Assembly (NCBI GenBank): GCA_048882505.1
Contig: JBHLRO010000001.1
Coordinates: forward strand, 300,001 to 332,000
Length of the DNA stretch: 32,000 nt
Direction: 5' to 3'
Origin: Candidatus Thorarchaeota archaeon
GTDB taxonomy: Archaea; Asgardarchaeota; Heimdallarchaeia; Hodarchaeales; Hodarchaeaceae
Each line of letters opens with the position of its first letter. Positions within the stretch are counted from its first letter, which is position 1. The position numbers and the translations under genes were made by a program. The notes under the pieces were generated by a model, which saw only the letters and a list, made by a program, of their open reading frames with translations, was not told where the DNA came from and did no database searches. Positions 27,297 through 32,000 of the stretch are shown here, piece by piece.

Positions 27297-28742
27297 ATGA
27301 CAATCATAAGACCCAAGATTGAGCTTCTAGACAAAGATCATCTTAAAAAGATTTTTTTGGAAGCAAAAGAAATTCTGGAGACCCAAGGCATCCTTATTGA
27401 GAATAAGGAGGCCCAATCGCTTCTTGACGACGAAGGGATTCATAAAAAGGGTGAAAGGTATTTTCTACCTCAAGATCTAGTCGACCGGCTCCTCGAAAAA
27501 GTTCCTCAAAGAATTCGGCTTTACGATAGGGAAGGAAAATTTTCCTGTGAGCTTTCTGATGACAATATCCATTTCGATCCTGGGAGTGCAGCGATTTTCT
27601 TTCAGGATTTTACCTCTGGAGAGATCAGAGAAGCTCGTTCATCTGATTTTGTAATGTTTACAAAGATCGTCGATCACCTACCAAACTACTCGGCTCAATC
27701 TACAGCGATAGTTTACACAGATGTTCCTAAAAGCGCTCAAGACTGGCATCGCCTTTATCTAGCAATATTAAATTGTTCTAAACCAGTTATAACTGGGACT
27801 TTTCGGGTCGAAAGTTTCCAAGTTATGTCTGCCTTATTAGAGGCGGTAAGAGGGTCCCCCCAAAAATTAGCTGAAAAACCAATGGCAATTTTTGACGCAT
27901 GTCCCTCCCCGCCTTTGATGTGGTCTAACCTAACTACCCAATCAGTGATAGATGGGGCCAAGGCTGGAATCCCCTCGGAATTCGTTTCCATGCCATTGGC
28001 AGGATCCACGGCTCCGATTTCACTCATTGGTTGCGTTACTCAACATACTGCGGAATCTCTAGCAGGTGTCGTTATTGCTCAATTGACAAAAGTTGGCTCC
28101 CCTGTTATCTGGGGCGGGTCTCCTGCAGTATTTGATATGAAAACGGGCACCACCCCCATGGGTGCAATTGAAACCATGATGATCAATATTGCGGATGCTC
28201 AGGTTGGAAAGTATTTGAGGTTTCCAACACATGCTTATATGGGATTATCGGATTCCAAGGTTCCAGATGCACAGGCCGGCTTTGAGGCAGGAATAGGGGC
28301 AGTCTTAGCGGCATTGGCGGGAATTAACATGATTTCGGGAGCAGGTATGTTAGATTTCGAGTCTACTCAATCAGTGGAAAAGCTAATAATCGATCACGAT
28401 ATAGTAGGGATGGCGAATCGCCTTGTTAATGGCATAACAGATCACGGTGCCCCTTTTGCTTCAGAAATATTAGCAGATTATGATCCTGATCTATCATTAT
28501 TGTCACATCCCTCTACTCTTGAACTATTCCGAAAAGAACTCTACTTTCCATTCAAAGTTGAAGGATTGCAGATTATAAACCGAGACACACGGGAAACGTG
28601 GGAGAATAACGGGGGTTTGTCATCGCGCCAACAAGCAAAAAAGATAGCTGAAGTTCTCGCCCAAAAAAACCCACGAAATCCGATTGACCCGATCATTCAG
28701 CGTGAACTTGATCATATTGCAGAAAAGCATACATATTTTTAA
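27297..28742 (+). CDS. Trimethylamine methyltransferase family protein (MttB superfamily), non-pyrrolysine
   Basis: SPPLMW, PLAGSTAPISLIG, QLTKVGSPVIWGGS, DMKTG, GLSDSKVPDAQAGFE, GINMISGAGML. No internal TAG. ATG 27297 follows the upstream TAG and GGTGA. Confidence 0.92.
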   Translation: MTIIRPKIELLDKDHLKKIFLEAKEILETQGILIENKEAQSLLDDEGIHKKGERYFLPQDLVDRLLEKVPQRIRLYDREGKFSCELSDDNIHFDPGSAAIFFQDFTSGEIREARSSDFVMFTKIVDHLPNYSAQSTAIVYTDVPKSAQDWHRLYLAILNCSKPVITGTFRVESFQVMSALLEAVRGSPQKLAEKPMAIFDACPSPPLMWSNLTTQSVIDGAKAGIPSEFVSMPLAGSTAPISLIGCVTQHTAESLAGVVIAQLTKVGSPVIWGGSPAVFDMKTGTTPMGAIETMMINIADAQVGKYLRFPTHAYMGLSDSKVPDAQAGFEAGIGAVLAALAGINMISGAGMLDFESTQSVEKLIIDHDIVGMANRLVNGITDHGAPFASEILADYDPDLSLLSHPSTLELFRKELYFPFKVEGLQIINRDTRETWENNGGLSSRQQAKKIAEVLAQKNPRNPIDPIIQRELDHIAEKHTYF

Positions 28743-28808
28743 GAATTCAATCCGCACTGGATCAGTTGTTAAGAAAGCAAGACGAAACTGTTGTAAGGAA
28801 GGCTCACA

Positions 28809-30536
28809 GTGGGAGATCCAAGTAAACTTCATTTTTTTCAACCGACTAAGGCAACTTGGGAGACCTCCAGAGCTGAAGACCGTCCAATCATTCTAATATT
28901 TTGTGAAGAGCTTTGTTCTACGTGTGAAACCCTTGAACAAAAAATTTTTTCTGCACCTTCAGTTCAATCTGTTCTAACTACTCAATATATCCCAATCCAA
29001 ATAGATGTCCACAGGTTTCCCGAATTATATGAAAGATTTTCTGATAACCAGGGATGGCCACATCCAATCCATTGTGCTTCTCATGGGGAATTTGTAGGAT
29101 ATTGTAATGAGGATTCACCGAGAGCTATCCTTAGTTCTTTAGAAAGACTAAAACAACAGCTTTCAAGGGACAAAAATCCCGATCTCGAATTCGACGGGGA
29201 AATCTCTCTTAACGTTCCTGGAGCGAATTCTCCACAACTCAACCCGAAAACATTCGAACTAATCGCTGAAACTACCTTGTCGTTTTTACTTGAAAGATAT
29301 GACAAGAAGGATGGAGGATGGCCGGAACAAGGGGGAACTAAGCACCATTTTAGTTCTGCTATTGAATTTCTCCTTCTTTTGTACCATCGCTCACGTGATG
29401 GATCTCTCCTCAATCTTGTTTTGGAACTGTATAATACAACGGTGAAAGGGTTGCAGGATCCAAAAGAAAACGGATTCTATCATGCCGCAACCTATAATTG
29501 GCAGCCTCTCGATAAACGAAAAACCTTGGAGAACAATATTGCCATCAGCCAAAACATTTTTCACACCTACCAATTAACTGGTGACTTAAGAATACTAAAA
29601 ACAGTAGAGAAAACGTTCTCTTTTATGAAAAAATCCTTATGGGATAAATCGGTTGGAATGTTTCGGTATGGGGCTACAACTGGGAAACTGTACTCCTATT
29701 TTGATCCTAAAGGTAATTGCGATGTGGCTAGCCTTATTTTGGACACGAATGAAATCTTTCTTAGGAAATTTGGCGAATCCAGTAATCTTGGGTATGTGGA
29801 GAGCATCGTTCGTATTCTTACTTCACACGAAACGGAATACGGAATCCCCCATGATATATTAAATCCTCATGAAAACCAATTTCTCCTCCGAGATCAAGCG
29901 GCCTATCTCAATCTCCTCCTACGATTGTATTCGAATACAGGTAAATATCTAGATAGGGTAATACACATGACAAATATGGTAACTTCGCATTATCTTGATT
30001 CCAAGAATTTTCTGTTTAGCGATAGAGTTTCATTCCCTGTTTTCGAATTTCAACCGTTATCAAAAGCGTTATATCGTATCCAGGATACCGCTGCCTTAGT
30101 AAGGAACCTTACCATCCTTTCTCATCTAACTGGCGAACCCAAATGGCGTGATATGGCCACAAGATGCATCGCCAGCTATTCATCATATTTAGATGTATCT
30201 CGAGAGGTTCCATTTCCACCTGAATTTGTCATTTCCCTTTATCACTTAATAGAAAGTCCTATCGAAGTTTTAATTTTTGGAAAACCGAATAATAGTGTCG
30301 TCCAAGGGATTTTGGCTGAAGTTAAGATGATCTATGAACCTTTTAAAATAATTCAACTGCTAAACCCAGAAACTGATTCTCATCTCATTAAAAAACGAAT
30401 CCCAGAGGCACAGCTTTTTCCACGACCCGTAGCTTATATAAAAATCGATAATATGCTTTCACCGCCGGCTTTCACGCCCAAAGAAATACAAACCATGCTC
30501 CATTCGTTGGTTCAAGCCATTGAAATGAATTCCTAA
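28809..30536 (+). CDS. Thioredoxin-domain protein, YyaL/SSP411 (SPATA20)-like, divergent
   Basis: N-terminal thioredoxin-like domain (AEDRPII...CSTC; PIQIDVHRFPEL), YDKKDGGW, DPKENGFY, KTLENN, followed by an alpha/alpha-toroid-like region. Confidence 0.72.
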   Translation: MGDPSKLHFFQPTKATWETSRAEDRPIILIFCEELCSTCETLEQKIFSAPSVQSVLTTQYIPIQIDVHRFPELYERFSDNQGWPHPIHCASHGEFVGYCNEDSPRAILSSLERLKQQLSRDKNPDLEFDGEISLNVPGANSPQLNPKTFELIAETTLSFLLERYDKKDGGWPEQGGTKHHFSSAIEFLLLLYHRSRDGSLLNLVLELYNTTVKGLQDPKENGFYHAATYNWQPLDKRKTLENNIAISQNIFHTYQLTGDLRILKTVEKTFSFMKKSLWDKSVGMFRYGATTGKLYSYFDPKGNCDVASLILDTNEIFLRKFGESSNLGYVESIVRILTSHETEYGIPHDILNPHENQFLLRDQAAYLNLLLRLYSNTGKYLDRVIHMTNMVTSHYLDSKNFLFSDRVSFPVFEFQPLSKALYRIQDTAALVRNLTILSHLTGEPKWRDMATRCIASYSSYLDVSREVPFPPEFVISLYHLIESPIEVLIFGKPNNSVVQGILAEVKMIYEPFKIIQLLNPETDSHLIKKRIPEAQLFPRPVAYIKIDNMLSPPAFTPKEIQTMLHSLVQAIEMNS

Positions 30537-30596
30537 CCCTACCCTCCTGTAAACGGGGAAAAATGATCTGTCCCTGGAATCCTTTGTTTTGAGAGG

Positions 30597-31688
30597 TTGA
30601 GTCACTTGGCAGAAGAAGTCATTTTAATCGATTCAAAAAAGCTGAAGAAGTTCATTAAGGAAGTTTTCCAACGTTTAGGTACTCCAGCTGAAGATGCAGA
30701 GATATGTGCTGATGTTTTGAATAGAAGCGATCTCACAGGTATTGAGTCTCATGGGGTACAAAGATTAAAGATGTACTATGATCGAATTAAGAAAGGTATT
30801 CAATCTCCAGTCACCAAAATAACTGTTATCCAAGATTCTCAGTCAGTTGCCCGTCTTGATGCCGGACACGGCATGGGTCATGTAGCCGCCTATCGGGGAA
30901 TGCAGATTGCTATTAGCAAGGCCAAACAATTTGGAATTGGAGCTGTCGCTGTTGGTAATTCAACACACTTCGGGATAGCTGGATACTATAGCATGATGGC
31001 TGTAAAGGAGGGAATGGTTGGAATCACCATGACAAATGCTCGTCCTTCAATCGCTCCTACGTTCGGAACTGAGCCAATGATGGGTACAAATCCACTTACA
31101 ATTGGTATCCCGACTGATGAGGAATTTCCGTTTCTATTTGATGCGGCGACCTCTATAACTCAGCGAGGAAAAATCGAGGTTTTGGCTAGGACAAATACAC
31201 CTACTCCTCGTGGTTGGGTTATTGATAGCGAAGGGAAGATGTCTACCAATAGTATAGAAATCTTGAAGGATTTACTGAACGGAACTGCGGCCTTGCTTCC
31301 TCTCGGAGGCGAGGGCGAGACACTCGGCGGTTATAAGGGGTACGGTTTTGCGGCTGCTGTAGAAATACTAACGGCTGCGCTTTCTGATGGTCCGTTTTTG
31401 ACAGATCTAACCTTAGAAAAGGGATATAAGTTAGGTCATTTCTTCCTTGCTCTTAATATTGAAAATTTCTTGCCGCTAAAAGCATTCAAAACCATAGCAG
31501 GAAGTATTTTACGTAAACTTAGGAATTCACGAAAAGCTCCAGGCCATGAACGCATCTATACTGCTGGGGAAAAGGAATATGAAACAGAGATTAAACGAAA
31601 GAAAAGTGGGATTCCAATCAATAGATCCATTCTTGAGGATTTGAGGGTTATGAGGCAGGAGCTGAATTTGGAGAATTATTCGTTTTAA
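30597..31688 (+). CDS. Ldh_2 (ComC/AllD/DpkA-like) malate/L-lactate dehydrogenase family oxidoreductase
   Basis: SDLTGIESHGV, LDAGHGMG, NSTHFGIAGYY, MGTNPL, DAATS, LLPLGG, YKGYG, YTAGEKE. Confidence 0.92.
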   Translation: MSHLAEEVILIDSKKLKKFIKEVFQRLGTPAEDAEICADVLNRSDLTGIESHGVQRLKMYYDRIKKGIQSPVTKITVIQDSQSVARLDAGHGMGHVAAYRGMQIAISKAKQFGIGAVAVGNSTHFGIAGYYSMMAVKEGMVGITMTNARPSIAPTFGTEPMMGTNPLTIGIPTDEEFPFLFDAATSITQRGKIEVLARTNTPTPRGWVIDSEGKMSTNSIEILKDLLNGTAALLPLGGEGETLGGYKGYGFAAAVEILTAALSDGPFLTDLTLEKGYKLGHFFLALNIENFLPLKAFKTIAGSILRKLRNSRKAPGHERIYTAGEKEYETEIKRKKSGIPINRSILEDLRVMRQELNLENYSF

Positions 31689-31860
31689 ACAGGTTGGGAC
31701 CAAGAAACTGGAGTAAAAGGCGAAGTAAAACGCCTACAATCTGATTAGCACTTTTAATCGATTTTTGAATGATCGATGGTTTCCATGACGATAATCTAAA
31801 CCTTAGCTAGCTCAACAGATTCCTTTTGGCCTCGCTTCTGACGAAAAACGTAAAAATAAC

Positions 31861-32000
31861 CTATTTGAATGCATTTACGATATATTTCAATTCCTCTTGA
31901 ACAACCCCTTTGGCAAGCAGGAAACGCTTATACCATCTTCTATATTCGTCCAAAATCATTTTTTCATACTCTATGAAAAACAATACTCCACTAGCAATGA
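31861..32000 (-). CDS. Possible 3' end of a gene entering from the window edge
   Basis: Open frame ...IASGVLFFIEYEKMILDEYRRWYKRFLLAKGVVQEELKYIVNAFK* ending at TAG 31861-63. Too short to verify. Confidence 0.35.
   Translation of the reverse strand, partial: IASGVLFFIEYEKMILDEYRRWYKRFLLAKGVVQEELKYIVNAFK

Noticed and set aside
1186-29862. Remaining short (60-113 aa) track ORFs overlapping annotated genes
   Set aside because: Alternative-frame or antisense shadows without motifs or ribosome-binding context.
31700-31860. Continuation of the edge ORF through two TAG codons
   Set aside because: The downstream translation is not convincingly protein-like and runs antisense into the dehydrogenase 3' end.
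1-32000. Genome-wide stop-codon reassignment
   Set aside because: TAA, TGA and TAG all terminate well-supported full-length genes here, and most long genes are uninterrupted.
1-32000. CRISPR arrays, tRNA/rRNA, IS elements, integrases, DGR template/variable repeats
   Set aside because: No repeat-spacer periodicity, cloverleaf, terminal inverted repeats, transposase or reverse transcriptase motifs, or duplicated ~100-bp segments were seen.

Overview
A ~40% GC archaeal housekeeping and metabolic region, most consistent with an Asgard archaeon (Heimdallarchaeia-like). That assignment is an inference from the archaeal-type GluRS and HMG-CoA synthase, a COG1361/MacB ABC operon and a Ras-superfamily GTPase with eukaryote-style G boxes. 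In order, the window holds: a TCA block (partial fumC, sucC, sucD, citrate synthase); HIT; an ABC exporter; a multi-TM EEP-domain protein resembling eukaryotic CWH43/PGAP2IP; a decayed surface-glycoprotein gene; an Fpg/Nei glycosylase; a repeat-built membrane protein; an HMG-CoA synthase-DUF35 fusion; a YdjM-like hydrolase; a small GTPase with large insertions; a second ABC/COG1361 operon; gltX; an AEC transporter; a thioredoxin-like protein and OsmC; and a co-oriented cluster of corrinoid protein, stand-alone homocysteine methyltransferase domain, non-pyrrolysine MttB, YyaL-like protein and Ldh_2-family dehydrogenase. The best leads are (1) an apparent three-component methylamine-to-homocysteine methyl-transfer system, (2) the CWH43-like protein next to a C-terminally anchored glycoprotein gene, (3) an otherwise intact citrate synthase with a single in-frame TAG, (4) a gene with four in-frame stops in one conserved frame, and (5) the insertion-bearing GTPase. 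No rRNA, tRNA, CRISPR array or mobile element was recognised. Family calls rest on motif recognition by eye; no database searches were run.
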